Of a stretch of 59,528 nucleotides of DNA, positions 36,137-45,927 are shown in pieces; the stretch's first letter is position 1; every line of letters starts with the position of its first letter. The translations under genes and the position numbers were made by a program. Below the pieces are notes generated by a model. That model saw only the letters and a program-made list of their open reading frames with translations, had not been told where the DNA came from and did not search any database. The stretch is from the IMG/VR virus record IMGVR_UViG_3300037780_000215, positions 1 through 59,528 of that record; one strand, written 5' to 3'. The stretch is from a virus (lineage: Duplodnaviria; Caudoviricetes).

Positions 36137-37623
36137 CAAACGCCTCCCGCCAAATCGGCCATACGATTGGTGACGATGTTCCTGGACACGTCGGCATAGA
36201 GCTTCACGGTTCCGGTCCGGCCGCCGCGGTGCTTTCGGATCAGGACCTCGAGCGTGCGGTCCTCGACCTCGGCCTGCCACTGCATGGCGCCCTCTTGATC
36301 CTTCGGACATTCGGTGAGCTCGGCGTAATAAGCGCCGCGATACAGCATCGCGACGATATCGGCGTCCTGCTCGATACCGCCGGACTCGCGCAGATCGGAC
36401 AGGACCGGGCGCTTGTCGTTGCGCTGCTCGACCTGCCGGCTCAGCTGCGCCAGGGCGACTACGGGAACCTTGAGCGTCCGGGCCATCTGCTTAAGGGCCG
36501 CGCTGATGTCCGTGACCTCTGCCGTCTTGCTGTCGCCGCGGCGGGTATGAGCCCTCACGAGCTGGAGATAGTCGACGAATACCGGGCCCGACTTTAGCCC
36601 CTTGCGTTCGGCGTCCCGGTAAAGCCGGCGCGCGATCGCGGTCATGTATGGGACCGTCATCCCGGTCGCGTCGATCACGGGCATCGGCATCATGGAGTCC
36701 GGCGCCAGGCGCTTCAGGGCCCGGTGCATGGCAGCGCGCTGATCCTTGTTCGGCCGCGCGATGCCGGCTCGCCATTGCGAGATGTCCTCGTAAGTTGGAT
36801 GGTCGATCGACGCGAGTTGGGTGTCCTGTGCGCAGACCATTGCCAGCGCCCGCTCTGCCATCTCTTCGGCATCCATCTCGAACTGGAAGAACGGCGAGTA
36901 ATAGCCGGCGTCGGAACAGCCCTTCTGGCACGCCAGTCCGAGAACGGTTTTCGCCATACCCGGGCGGCCGGCGATGATGATGAACTTCGACGGGCGGAGG
37001 CCACCGCCGAGCTTCTTGTCCAGATCCCCGATGCCGGTCGGGATAACCCGGGCATTGGCGCCGCTTTCCAGATCATGAACGATGGTCGCGGCGCTGTCGT
37101 GGATGGTCCCGACGGTGTCGCGGGACCGCGAACTGATCAGCGCCTCAAGCGACCGCTCGGTCTCTTCGATGATGTCCGAGGAATCCGCCTCATCATCGGC
37201 GCCGGCCGCATTGGCCAGGTCGTTGCCGATCCGGATGAGTTCGCGGCGCAGCGCGAGTTCATAGATGATCTTGGCGTATTCGACCGCGGCATTGCCGGTC
37301 ACCGCGCCTTCCATCAGCACGGCGAGATAGGTGGTGCCGCCGATCTCGCGCAGCCCGTCATCGCGGTCGAAATGGGTCTTGAGCACCACCGCATCGGCCA
37401 GCGAGCCGCGGCCGATCAGGTCGGCGGCGGTCTCGAAGATGCGGCCGTGCACCGGATCGTAGAAATGTCCGGGTTTCAGCCAGTCGGCGACCCGGTGATA
37501 CATCTCGTTGTCGTACAGCAGCGCACCCAGGAAGGCCTGTTCGGCATCCAGGTTGTGCGGTGCCGTGTCGAGTTCTTTGTCGTCTCGATCGTCTTCGATG
37601 AACGGGGCGAGTGCAGTCGTCAT
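36136..37623 (-). CDS. dnaB: Replicative DNA helicase
   Basis: PHNLDAEQAFLG, IIAGRPGMAKT, VDYLQL, LAQLSR, SDLRESGGIEQDAD. Confidence 0.95.
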   Translation of the reverse strand: MTTALAPFIEDDRDDKELDTAPHNLDAEQAFLGALLYDNEMYHRVADWLKPGHFYDPVHGRIFETAADLIGRGSLADAVVLKTHFDRDDGLREIGGTTYLAVLMEGAVTGNAAVEYAKIIYELALRRELIRIGNDLANAAGADDEADSSDIIEETERSLEALISSRSRDTVGTIHDSAATIVHDLESGANARVIPTGIGDLDKKLGGGLRPSKFIIIAGRPGMAKTVLGLACQKGCSDAGYYSPFFQFEMDAEEMAERALAMVCAQDTQLASIDHPTYEDISQWRAGIARPNKDQRAAMHRALKRLAPDSMMPMPVIDATGMTVPYMTAIARRLYRDAERKGLKSGPVFVDYLQLVRAHTRRGDSKTAEVTDISAALKQMARTLKVPVVALAQLSRQVEQRNDKRPVLSDLRESGGIEQDADIVAMLYRGAYYAELTECPKDQEGAMQWQAEVEDRTLEVLIRKHRGGRTGTVKLYADVSRNIVTNRMADLAGGV

Positions 37624-37865
37624 GCCGCGCACCTCGCTGTCTCCAGCGGTGCGCGATCGCCGCAGTATCCGGCCGGCAAGCCGTTGACGAGGTTCGAGCG
37701 AACATATTGCTCACGGAACCGGTGTGTCTGGTTCCAGGGCCCCTCTTCGACCCAAGCCTCGACCACGTATCCGCGGGCCGCCCAGTAGGCGACGATCTCT
37801 TCGGCTTCGCGCCGGGCCCATAGCTTCGCGTCTGCGGTCAACACCATTGATGTCGGTGCGCTCAT
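37620..37865 (-). CDS. Hypothetical protein
   Basis: Coupled ORF; YW..RGY...VRSNLVNGLP motif. Confidence 0.6.
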   Translation of the reverse strand: MSAPTSMVLTADAKLWARREAEEIVAYWAARGYVVEAWVEEGPWNQTHRFREQYVRSNLVNGLPAGYCGDRAPLETARCAA

Positions 37866-38323
37866 CGTGCCTCACCCCATGCGAGATATTTGCGGTTGGT
37901 GATGCGGCGGTGGGCATCGCAATAGGACCGACCCTCCTCGGTCTTCTGGCCGCACATCGGCATGTCAGCGCCCTGGCGGGGATCGCCCATCGGGAACCGG
38001 CACTGGCGATATCCGACGGTCTCCAGCGTGACCTTGCCTTTCGCAGGCGGCGCCGGCGGGACCATCACGTCGAGACGCACGGGATCCGGCTTTGCCGCAA
38101 CAGGCTTTGCGGCGGGCTTTGCAACCGGCTTCGGCGTTGCTGCTCGGCGTGGAAGCTGGGGAGATTTGCGCGGCTTGAACCCGCCTTTTTCGCCCAACCG
38201 GTGGACCTTGCCGAGCACTGCGTTGCGGCTCTTTCCGCGAAACGCAGCCGCGATCTCCGAAGCGGAATCGCCGGCATTCCACATCGCGCGCAAGGTTTCG
38301 ATTTCCTGATCGGTCCAGCTCAT
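37862..38323 (-). CDS. gcrA: GcrA-like cell-cycle regulator
   Basis: MSWTDQEIETL..MW..G.SASEIA....SRNAVLGKVHRLG; CRFPMGDP...CG....SYC..H. Confidence 0.9.
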   Translation of the reverse strand: MSWTDQEIETLRAMWNAGDSASEIAAAFRGKSRNAVLGKVHRLGEKGGFKPRKSPQLPRRAATPKPVAKPAAKPVAAKPDPVRLDVMVPPAPPAKGKVTLETVGYRQCRFPMGDPRQGADMPMCGQKTEEGRSYCDAHRRITNRKYLAWGEAR

Positions 38324-38913
38324 GCAGCGTTCCTCTCCGTCTTGTCGTTGAACTTGCCGGCTTCCATTCCCCAGGACGTCCAGCCGGGCCGATGCTCGCG
38401 GCTGAACAAGTCGGCCCGGAATGCGTGCGGCATCAGCTTTTCCGCCGCGGCATAGGCTTCGTCGGGCTTTCTGGAGTTTTCGCGCAGCTGGCCCTCGATC
38501 GCGGTGCGGACCGTCTTGGCGGTGGACGGGTTGCCAACCGAGCCGATCAGAAACGGTTCGCTCGCGGAGCGCAGCACGTAGCCAGTGCCGAAGCCCAACT
38601 TGCCCCCGACCGTCCGCTTCACCCAGACTCCGGACGTCTTGAACCGGAAGCCCCAGGCCTCCATGACGCGAAGCGCCTCTGGGAGCATCGGATGGGTGGC
38701 CCACATCCAGAGGAGGCAGTCGCGACGCGCCAGCTGGTTTACCGGCAGCGCAGCGATGACATCCGTGGGTAGGCAATCGTAATGGGTCTTCGGGTTCCGG
38801 CCTTCGCCCTTCGAAGACCAGTTCTCGAATGACCACGGCGGATCCGCCACGATCATGTCGTACCCGAACATGTTCAGGCCTTCGAACGGCCAAGAGAGCC
38901 AGCAATATGTCAC
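38320..38913 (-). CDS. MT-A70 family adenine methyltransferase
   Basis: ADPPW, LWMWAT, WGF.FKT..VWVK, GTGY, NSRKP, DLFSRE.RPGW..WG. Confidence 0.9.
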   Translation of the reverse strand: MTYCWLSWPFEGLNMFGYDMIVADPPWSFENWSSKGEGRNPKTHYDCLPTDVIAALPVNQLARRDCLLWMWATHPMLPEALRVMEAWGFRFKTSGVWVKRTVGGKLGFGTGYVLRSASEPFLIGSVGNPSTAKTVRTAIEGQLRENSRKPDEAYAAAEKLMPHAFRADLFSREHRPGWTSWGMEAGKFNDKTERNAA

Positions 38914-39464
38914 ATCGACCTCCGTTGCTTCCGGAGGTCGATGTATTGGCCGCGGATCGCGCCTGTCGCCTCTCTCTGCAGCGCCGCGCAGTTGTCGTCG
39001 CCGTAGGCGATCAGGACGCTTGGCGCGCCGGCGTTGGTGGTCGCCCGGCGTCCGTCCGGCTTGTGGAAGTGCAAACGGGCCTCGATGAAGAGGAGAGCGC
39101 CGGCATGGGGCCAGACTTCGTCGAAGAAATACTCGGTTTCTGTGCGCGCGAAGATCAGCGCGATGCCGTTGCCGTGCTGGCGAAGACGCCGCAGCCAACG
39201 GTCCACCTGCCGGCCATACGGCGGATTGCACCACACCCGGCCGACCCACGGTTGGACGAGTCCGTTGTCCTTCTTCGTGAAGTGTTGGGCCGCCATCTCC
39301 CAAGGGCGATCTTCTGGCGCGCACGGGTCAAGGTCGAACGGGCCCAGGGCTTGAAGAATGAACGGAGGCGTCAACCAAACATCCGACTCCATACGCGCGG
39401 ACTGATGCCCACCCGTGCCCAGCCGCTTCCCCGCCTGGCCGCCGAAGAGATCGGTATCGCTCAT
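38910..39464 (-). CDS. Phage N6-adenine DNA methyltransferase (phage Dam family)
   Basis: WLTPP, FDLDPCA, VWCNPPYG, ARTET. Confidence 0.9.
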   Translation of the reverse strand: MSDTDLFGGQAGKRLGTGGHQSARMESDVWLTPPFILQALGPFDLDPCAPEDRPWEMAAQHFTKKDNGLVQPWVGRVWCNPPYGRQVDRWLRRLRQHGNGIALIFARTETEYFFDEVWPHAGALLFIEARLHFHKPDGRRATTNAGAPSVLIAYGDDNCAALQREATGAIRGQYIDLRKQRRSM

Positions 39465-40258
39465 GCCGCCTCCTTCCGGGGACGGCCCCGACGGCGGGTT
39501 CGCACGGTGGACATGCCATGCAGGAGGAAAGCGATCTCTTCGTCCCGCTCCCAGCACCAGGCACAGGATCCGCAGCTGGCCTTCTCCGAAAGCTCAGCCG
39601 GGCAGACCAGAACGCCCCGGGCCGAAAACGCCCGGTCTTCGACCACGCGCGTCTCCTCGCCGCTGAAACGCATGGCGAAGCGGTCGGGGTACTGGAACCG
39701 GGTCAGGGCCAGGGCTTCGCCGATCGCGCGCTCATCATCATCGTCAGCGTCGGGGTGATAGGCGGTGTATCCCCAGACGCGCAGCGCCGGGAACCGCCCC
39801 AGCATTCTGCGCCAGAGATCGACGTATTCGACGCTGTAGAAGTCGCCGAGGACATGGAGGCGAACCACGAAGCCGTCCGGGTGCCGGTTGGCGTGCTGCA
39901 TCACCTCGACGACCAGGACGTCTTCAAGGATCGGCCCGTGCTCGTGCCGGCGGGCCAGGTGCATGCTGTTGCCGTAACAGCGCTGCCAGAAATCGCAGGA
40001 TGACGGGCATGTCGAACGCTCGGCCAGGGTCAGCGTGTAGATGGGCATCCCCTTCCAGCGCCCCTTGAGGACTTCCTTGCCGATCTTCCTGTTGTTGTGC
40101 CCGCTGACGAGCAGGCGCGGGCTCTCCTCGACCGGAGTCGTCGGGAAGAGCGGCCGGCCCTCCACGACGGCCGGGTGATCCGGTTTCAGACCGGTGACGG
40201 TCGAAGGGTTCGGGATGTGCGGGGCGAACCGGCGGTGAGCTTGATTATGGCGAGCCAT
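39461..40258 (-). CDS. Gp88-like Cys-rich (Fe-S / radical-SAM-like) protein
   Basis: TCPSSC.....CY, VRLHVLGDF, WGYT, CPA....CGSCAWCW. Confidence 0.65.
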   Translation of the reverse strand: MARHNQAHRRFAPHIPNPSTVTGLKPDHPAVVEGRPLFPTTPVEESPRLLVSGHNNRKIGKEVLKGRWKGMPIYTLTLAERSTCPSSCDFWQRCYGNSMHLARRHEHGPILEDVLVVEVMQHANRHPDGFVVRLHVLGDFYSVEYVDLWRRMLGRFPALRVWGYTAYHPDADDDDERAIGEALALTRFQYPDRFAMRFSGEETRVVEDRAFSARGVLVCPAELSEKASCGSCAWCWERDEEIAFLLHGMSTVRTRRRGRPRKEAA

Positions 40259-40389
40259 CAGCGCTTGTCCTCCGGTCTATGATCCCGGCAGGCCCAGACA
40301 CCGCCGGGGTATCCGAACGGGGCGTATCGGGTGCAGCCCTGGCGGTGGCAGGGATGGAGAAAGGGCACGAATGGGCGAGCGGGTTTCAT
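40258..40389 (-). CDS. Small Cys/His protein
   Basis: HPC...C...APFG....W.C..H; coupled on both sides. Confidence 0.5.
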   Translation of the reverse strand: MKPARPFVPFLHPCHRQGCTRYAPFGYPGGVWACRDHRPEDKR

Positions 40390-40910
40390 GGACGCCCCCA
40401 CGGGTTCACGCGCGGCGGGATCTTCTGGGTCCCCTTCGCCGGCCAGCGGTTCGCTGACTGCATGCGCTTGCCGCCCTGGATCTTTGCCCCGTCCTGCAGC
40501 TTGCGATCCTTCGGCCAAGGGTCCTGCCGGGCCGGTATGGAAGACGACGATCCGGTGCGCTCTTTTCTGCGCTCGCGCTTGATCTGCTGGCTTCCGCGGC
40601 CGCCACCGTTATGGCGGACATGGGCGATCAACCAGGCGTCGACCTCATCGGTCTTGAACCGCGCGCACGGGTCGCGCAGTAGCCCCCTATTGCGCAAATC
40701 TTCGGTTCCACCGGCCGCTCTCGGCAAAAGGTGTTCGTCAGTGATACCCTCGGCCACTGACAGCTTTCGGCCGCAGACCGGATAGTCCGCATAGACGCCG
40801 CCCAGGGCGGGCAGCTTGTAGCAGCCACATCGCCCCTCCTGTTCAAGCATCAGCTCGGCGAACTGGCGGCGGGTCAGCGGCTTGCGCGGTTGCGTCGGCT
40901 CCATCCCCAT
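40386..40910 (-). CDS. HNH endonuclease-like protein
   Basis: QEGRC...CG....DEHLLPRAAGG....N......C..FKT. Confidence 0.75.
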   Translation of the reverse strand: MGMEPTQPRKPLTRRQFAELMLEQEGRCGCYKLPALGGVYADYPVCGRKLSVAEGITDEHLLPRAAGGTEDLRNRGLLRDPCARFKTDEVDAWLIAHVRHNGGGRGSQQIKRERRKERTGSSSSIPARQDPWPKDRKLQDGAKIQGGKRMQSANRWPAKGTQKIPPRVNPWGRP

Positions 40911-41545
40911 CACCACCCCCGCTGATGGCAAGTGCGCGCCTCGCCACGCTTGTCCGGGATCGAGCCAAGCAAACGCTCTATGGCTTCGCTTTCGGATGCA
41001 GGCGGCTTTGCGGCGGCCGGGGCCGGTTTCGGAGTCTCTGCGACCGGCCGGGCCGCGCCCTTCGAGCCGACGATGCGAGCAGGCTTTGCGGCTGGCGCCG
41101 GTGGCGATGCTTTCGCCAGCTCTTCGCGCGCGGCCTGTACCGTCTCCTCGCGGCGCTTCGCGGCGGCCTTACGCTTTTCATCAGCCTCGGCCTTCTTCGC
41201 GTTCCAGCGCGCATTGTCACGCACGAAAGGCGCGACTTCAGGCAAGCCGATAGCTCTGGCCGCAGCTGCACATTCCTTGCCGCGCGGGACACCGTTGCGG
41301 CGATGCTTGAGCACGAACTGGTATGCGGACCCCTCGGTACCGGACCAGCCGAACCAGAGCGCCCAGTCCTCGGCCTCGCGCCCCCAGCTTCCGGCCAGCG
41401 CGAAACAGACGGCGCCGCGGGCCTTGCCGACCTTCCCGGCATAAATGCCGGCCTGGCGCCCCTCATAGACGTCCAGAGGCTTCGCCCCCGTCACCTTCGC
41501 CGCTTCCACGATGGCGCGGGCGATATCTTCGGATGTCGGGTTCAT
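40910..41545 (-). CDS. Hypothetical protein
   Basis: Coupled ORF in the operon; K/A-rich C-terminus. Confidence 0.6.
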   Translation of the reverse strand: MNPTSEDIARAIVEAAKVTGAKPLDVYEGRQAGIYAGKVGKARGAVCFALAGSWGREAEDWALWFGWSGTEGSAYQFVLKHRRNGVPRGKECAAAARAIGLPEVAPFVRDNARWNAKKAEADEKRKAAAKRREETVQAAREELAKASPPAPAAKPARIVGSKGAARPVAETPKPAPAAAKPPASESEAIERLLGSIPDKRGEARTCHQRGW

Positions 41546-42063
41546 AGCAGATCACCCTTCTTCTGGTCGGCCCAGGTCTTGAAGGCGTCCGGGAACCGGT
41601 GATGGACGGTGAACAGGAAGACGCCGGCCGCATCGGCCTCGTCTCCGTTGGCGGCCTCGATCCCCCAGGACCGGGCATGCGCGATCGCTTCGCGCTCTTT
41701 CGGCTTCTTGCCGCCCTTGCCGTAGATCAGCTTCTTCAGCTGGTTCGTGTCGGCTTCCATGACGGGCAGGCCATGGCGGTCGGCCACCAGCTCGATAATT
41801 CCGGCGATGCCGTAGAGGAGCCGGGCGGTATGGAGATTGAGGTAGTTGCCCGGGCGCACGGGCTGTTCGAATGCCAGATGGGTCACGCCGTCGAGAAGTT
41901 CGCAGAGCTTGCTGTCGAACTCCTGGAGGGCCCGGCCATAGTTACCGCCGCAGCGCGACAGTCCGAACGAGCCAAGGGACACCGGACCTGCCGGTGCCCC
42001 TCGAACCCATCCGGTTCGCGTGCTCGACTGATCGAGCGCGAGGATGATCGGCCCCTCGCTCAC
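41542..42063 (-). CDS. RuvC-like Holliday junction resolvase
   Basis: ILALDQSSTRTGW, AFEQP, LKK..GKG, DEADA. Confidence 0.85.
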   Translation of the reverse strand: MSEGPIILALDQSSTRTGWVRGAPAGPVSLGSFGLSRCGGNYGRALQEFDSKLCELLDGVTHLAFEQPVRPGNYLNLHTARLLYGIAGIIELVADRHGLPVMEADTNQLKKLIYGKGGKKPKEREAIAHARSWGIEAANGDEADAAGVFLFTVHHRFPDAFKTWADQKKGDLL

Positions 42064-42419
42064 GCGGCCTTGTCCAGCGCGGCAGCGCCCAGCGGGGTTT
42101 CCGCCAGATCGCCCAGGGCGAGACGCAGATTGTCGAAGTCGCCCTGGATTTCATTGTCGAGGTTGTCGCGTTCTGCAGCCGCCCTGCGCTCCAGCGCACG
42201 GACCTTCACGACGGCCTTGAGCGCGGACGCCGGAATGCCTTCGTTCTTGGCCTCCGCGATCACGTCCTTGATGTCTTCCCGGACCGCCTTGCACTTCGAC
42301 ATGTGCTCAGCCTTCAGGGTCTCCATGTCGTCATTCAGGTTTTCGATCCGCGAGACGAACGACTTCGCCTTTTCCGGATCGAAGCCGTTGTGTCCGGCCT
42401 TGGTCACATTCTCCGCCAT
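42060..42419 (-). CDS. GapR/DUF2312-like DNA-binding protein
   Basis: KSFVSRIENL...EDIKDVIAEAKNEG....LKAVVKVR. Confidence 0.75.
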   Translation of the reverse strand: MAENVTKAGHNGFDPEKAKSFVSRIENLNDDMETLKAEHMSKCKAVREDIKDVIAEAKNEGIPASALKAVVKVRALERRAAAERDNLDNEIQGDFDNLRLALGDLAETPLGAAALDKAA

Positions 42420-42483
42420 AGCGGGGCTCTCCTGTTCTGGCGGCGCGGAACATGGGCCGGCGCCGCAACGGCCCGGGGCCGGA

Positions 42484-42747
42484 CTAGCCGGCGGTCTCGG
42501 GGATCTTGGTGGGCTGGGGGTCGGCCTTGGCGCCGCCGACAATCTCCCATTCGGCGAGGTCGAGAACGGCATGCGCTCTCTCCCTGCCGCCGTCGCGAGC
42601 GATGGCGCGGATGCAAACGATCAGAAGCGCTTCGAAGAATGCGACGCCGGACACGCCGGGCGGGGCCTTGAACTGGTTCAACCTCTCACGAAGCCATTCC
42701 CGGACGGCCTTGGCGTTGTGAAAGCGGGTGCGTGCGTCGGTCATCAC
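42484..42747 (-). CDS. Hypothetical protein
   Basis: GGAGG RBS; coupled. Confidence 0.55.
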   Translation of the reverse strand: MMTDARTRFHNAKAVREWLRERLNQFKAPPGVSGVAFFEALLIVCIRAIARDGGRERAHAVLDLAEWEIVGGAKADPQPTKIPETAG

Positions 42748-43052
42748 GAAGCCCTCCGTCCGGTGCGACGCTCACGGCGGCGACGGCGGTTCTGGCGAGT
42801 GCCTGCGGACTTGGAACGAATCGCCCACCACGGGACGCCGTGCTTGCGGTATTTGAAGCCGGGGTCGCCATCTATCCGGCGGCGCACAACGGCGCGTTCG
42901 CTCTGGCTCTGCTGGCGTTCGGCGGGTTGCGGTGTCTGGGTTCTCGCCTCGACACGCTCTCCAGCGGGTCCTGCCTGCGCGGTCATCGCGCCGGGGGCGG
43001 CCATCATCCCCATTGCGGAAATAGCCGCTAGCATTCGTCCGAAATTGCGCAT
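42744..43052 (-). CDS. Hypothetical basic protein
   Basis: GGAGG RBS; coupled; Arg-rich tail. Confidence 0.45.
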   Translation of the reverse strand: MRNFGRMLAAISAMGMMAAPGAMTAQAGPAGERVEARTQTPQPAERQQSQSERAVVRRRIDGDPGFKYRKHGVPWWAIRSKSAGTRQNRRRRRERRTGRRAS

Positions 43053-43603
43053 CACGAAGCCCTCCGGTCTTGGGATTTGGTGAGAGCGACAACCCCGGCC
43101 GGACGGATGTCCGCAGAGACGCCAGCCTTGACCGTGTAGTAGCGGCGGTGGCGTTCCAGCTCGGCAATGGCTTGATCGATCTGGCGCACGATCTGCAGGC
43201 ATTCGCGCGGCGCCTCTTCTTCTCCGCGCTCGCTTTTCGGGCAGACGCTCGCGATGATCGATTGCACCACGTCATTGGTTTCAGACGACACCGCGCCGAC
43301 GCGCTCAACGGGCGTCATGTCAGGACCAGGGGCGCCGCCGATCCGCTCGGCCACGCTGGCCCTCATCGCCCAAACAAACGGGCTCGGCTTGCCAGTCTCT
43401 TGCGCATAGGCCGCGCCGAGCGTGACCATCTGGTCAAAGTTGAGCGTGGAATGATTGAGCTGGTCCGCATCCATCGCGGCATAGATGCGGCCCCTGCCAA
43501 CACCGATGATGCGGCCGACATTATCGGCATTGCCGAAGTGGCCGACGATCAGCGCGAGCGCGTCTTCATGAGTGCCGGGATCGCGGGGCTTCTGTACGGT
43601 CAT
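43052..43603 (-). CDS. Phage regulatory protein (CII-like)
   Basis: N-terminal HTH-like region; position downstream of cro. Confidence 0.55.
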   Translation of the reverse strand: MTVQKPRDPGTHEDALALIVGHFGNADNVGRIIGVGRGRIYAAMDADQLNHSTLNFDQMVTLGAAYAQETGKPSPFVWAMRASVAERIGGAPGPDMTPVERVGAVSSETNDVVQSIIASVCPKSERGEEEAPRECLQIVRQIDQAIAELERHRRYYTVKAGVSADIRPAGVVALTKSQDRRAS

Positions 43604-44448
43604 TGAACTTTGGCTCCATGCGTTGCAATGGACGGCACCCCTGCCCGCGAATACTGATATTCAGGACAGACACAGGGGCGATGACGATGAAGGGCGCAGA
43701 CCGGCACGCGCGCGGCGGAGACATGGCGACGCGGCTGCAAAAAATTGCGATAGCGGCGGATCGACGGGCAAAGAGCCTGCCCGACGGGCCGGAGCGCGCG
43801 TTTCACTCGACGCACTGCGATCTGGCCATGGTCAGGCTGGCGCGGCTGCACGCGAAACGGCAGGCGTGAAATGGGGGGCGCCGGAACCCTGATTGTGCGG
43901 AGCGAGTCCCGGCGCGCGTCCGGCCGAAGGGGAGAGGCCGGACGAAGCGGTTGGCCTGCCCGGCACAAAGACAGGGGGACCGGGCAGGCCGTCGCGCGAT
44001 GGGGAGGGATGACCCGCGCGCGAATGCAGTTGTTTCGGGATTTCGCGATGAACGTGATCTGCGTCACACCCGGCAAGGTGAACGCCACATCAACATCGCG
44101 GGATGTGGAAACCGTGGGTGCGTCGCTCTGCTTCCGTCCCGGCCGATACCAGACCGGGTTGCCCGTCGTGCGGGACAGGCCGGCTGGCGCTTGTCCGTTC
44201 AGAGATCGTACCTCGGCTGCAGCACTTCGGCGCGCGCCTTCGGGTCCTGCAGTGCACCGGCTGCGCGCAGGAGCATATCCACTTCGACGCGCCCGGTCTG
44301 ACGGACACCCCGCGTTTACCACGTCACTGAAAATTTTAGCGAAATTTGCATCAAAGGATGCGGCGCCCGCCCCGCGACCACCTGCGGTTTGTTGCGTCAC
44401 ACACGCTGACAGTTCACTCCCGCCCACGAGGGGCAAGGGAGTACCGGA

Positions 44449-44745
44449 GTGTTTGAAATCGACATGCGCGCCGATCCGGTCGGCGTCGAGTGGGCCGACG
44501 ATGGCAGCGGGGCCGAAATCCTGCTGGACATCCGCGAGCTGCGGTTCGATCTCGGCGATGGCGAGCGCAAGCGGCGAAGGCTGCGCGTCTCGCTCTCCCG
44601 CCACAGCATCAACTGGCTGTGGGGCAACCTGGACCGGGAGATCGTGCTGGAGCTTTTCCGCGTCCAGCGAGACGGGGGCACATCCCCTCGCCTTCAGGAA
44701 GTCGCGCGGGCCCTGGGCCTGGATGAGGACGGCGACGGGCACTAG
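44449..44745 (+). CDS. Hypothetical protein convergent with cro
   Basis: GGGAG RBS and GTG start; protein-like composition. Confidence 0.5.
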   Translation: MFEIDMRADPVGVEWADDGSGAEILLDIRELRFDLGDGERKRRRLRVSLSRHSINWLWGNLDREIVLELFRVQRDGGTSPRLQEVARALGLDEDGDGH

Positions 44746-44990
44746 GCGGCGTCCGCTTGGCCATCAGCCCGGCGCTCGGATTTCGCGGCGGAATACCACT
44801 CGTACATTTCCCGGTGCGTTACCGATCCGCCGGTCGCGTCCTCTATCTGGTAGCCAACCTCGGCGCCGGCCGACTTGTGCCCCTTCAGAAGGTTGTAAAT
44901 GTGGCTCGCAGAGCGGCCGATGCGATTGGCGAACGCTTCCGGCGTCTCGCCAGCATCGTCCAACCAGTTTTTCAGCGGGTGCGTTCTCAT
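44742..44990 (-). CDS. Cro-like repressor
   Basis: HTH FANRIGRSASHIYNLL; IEDATGGSVT motif; divergent from cI. Confidence 0.85.
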   Translation of the reverse strand: MRTHPLKNWLDDAGETPEAFANRIGRSASHIYNLLKGHKSAGAEVGYQIEDATGGSVTHREMYEWYSAAKSERRADGQADAA

Positions 44991-44999
44991 GACGCCGAA

Positions 45000-45050
45000 C
45001 TATTCCATACGAATAGTGGGAAGGCAAGCGCCTTCATTCCATAAGAATAG
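45000..45050. promoter_or_regulatory. OR-like operators (two copies of ATTC-N5-GAATA)
   Basis: CTATTCcatacGAATAG at 45000-45016; TCATTCcataaGAATAG at 45034-45050. Confidence 0.8.
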
Positions 45051-45084
45051 GGCGCGAGTTCCGCCGCCCCCGTATTATGGCCGG

Positions 45085-45453
45085 ATGGAACAGCAGCGGT
45101 CATTTTACCTGAAACAATGGCGTGAGAAGCGCGGCCTTACTCAGGGCCAGCTGGCGAAGCTCGCCGGCATATCGGAGTCGCACGTAGCGAACCTCGAGCG
45201 CGGCGTGAAACGCTACAACGAGGGCAACCTACAAAGCCTGGCCAGCGCGCTTGGGATCAAGGTCTGGGAGTTGGTCGGGCGAGATCCCGGAGAGGATGAT
45301 GTTTCGCTAGATCTTATCTTTCGCGACGCCTCTCCCAGATTGAAACGCCAAGCCGAGCGGGTCTTGCGGTCTCTTGTACAGGAAGACGAAAGCACGCCTG
45401 GAGGCGCCAAGCGTGACGACGATCACGATCAAAGCGGCCGAAAGGCCGGATAG
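45085..45453 (+). CDS. CI-like immunity repressor (XRE HTH, no S24 peptidase domain)
   Basis: LKQWREKRGLTQGQLAKLAGISESHVANLERG; divergent from cro. Confidence 0.85.
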   Translation: MEQQRSFYLKQWREKRGLTQGQLAKLAGISESHVANLERGVKRYNEGNLQSLASALGIKVWELVGRDPGEDDVSLDLIFRDASPRLKRQAERVLRSLVQEDESTPGGAKRDDDHDQSGRKAG

Positions 45454-45483
45454 TTTATCATCAACCTGTAGGGGGAGGTTTTC

Positions 45484-45927
45484 ATGAAACGACTGATCGG
45501 GCTTTGCGCCCTTGCTGCGCTGTGTGGGTGCTCCACGATCACGCGCGGAACAAACGATACTTGGGTGGTCGAAACCACGCCGCCGGGCGCGGAGGTTAGC
45601 ACTTCCAACGGATACCAATGCGCCAGCACTCCATGCGCGATCAAGATGCCGCGACGGTCCGAATTCGTCGCCACGATCGAGAAGGACGGCTACGAGACGG
45701 TAACCGTAAATGTGACTTACCAAGTGTCGGGGAGCGGTGGCGCGGCCATGGCTGGCAATGTCCTTGTTGGGGGCATCATTGGCGCGGCGGTTGATGCCGG
45801 CACAGGTTCTATGAATGATCTTGTTCCCAACCCGGTAGCCATTGATCTGGTGCCTGTTGCAAGCCCAGATCAGCCTGTGGCCGAACCGGCTGCAGAACTG
45901 GCCGCGGACGCGCCCGGTACGGGCTAA
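45484..45927 (+). CDS. Lipoprotein with PEGA-like domain
   Basis: Lipobox LCG-C; ETTPPGAEV, TPC, KDGY; GNVLVGGIIGAAVD glycine zipper. Confidence 0.8.
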   Translation: MKRLIGLCALAALCGCSTITRGTNDTWVVETTPPGAEVSTSNGYQCASTPCAIKMPRRSEFVATIEKDGYETVTVNVTYQVSGSGGAAMAGNVLVGGIIGAAVDAGTGSMNDLVPNPVAIDLVPVASPDQPVAEPAAELAADAPGTG

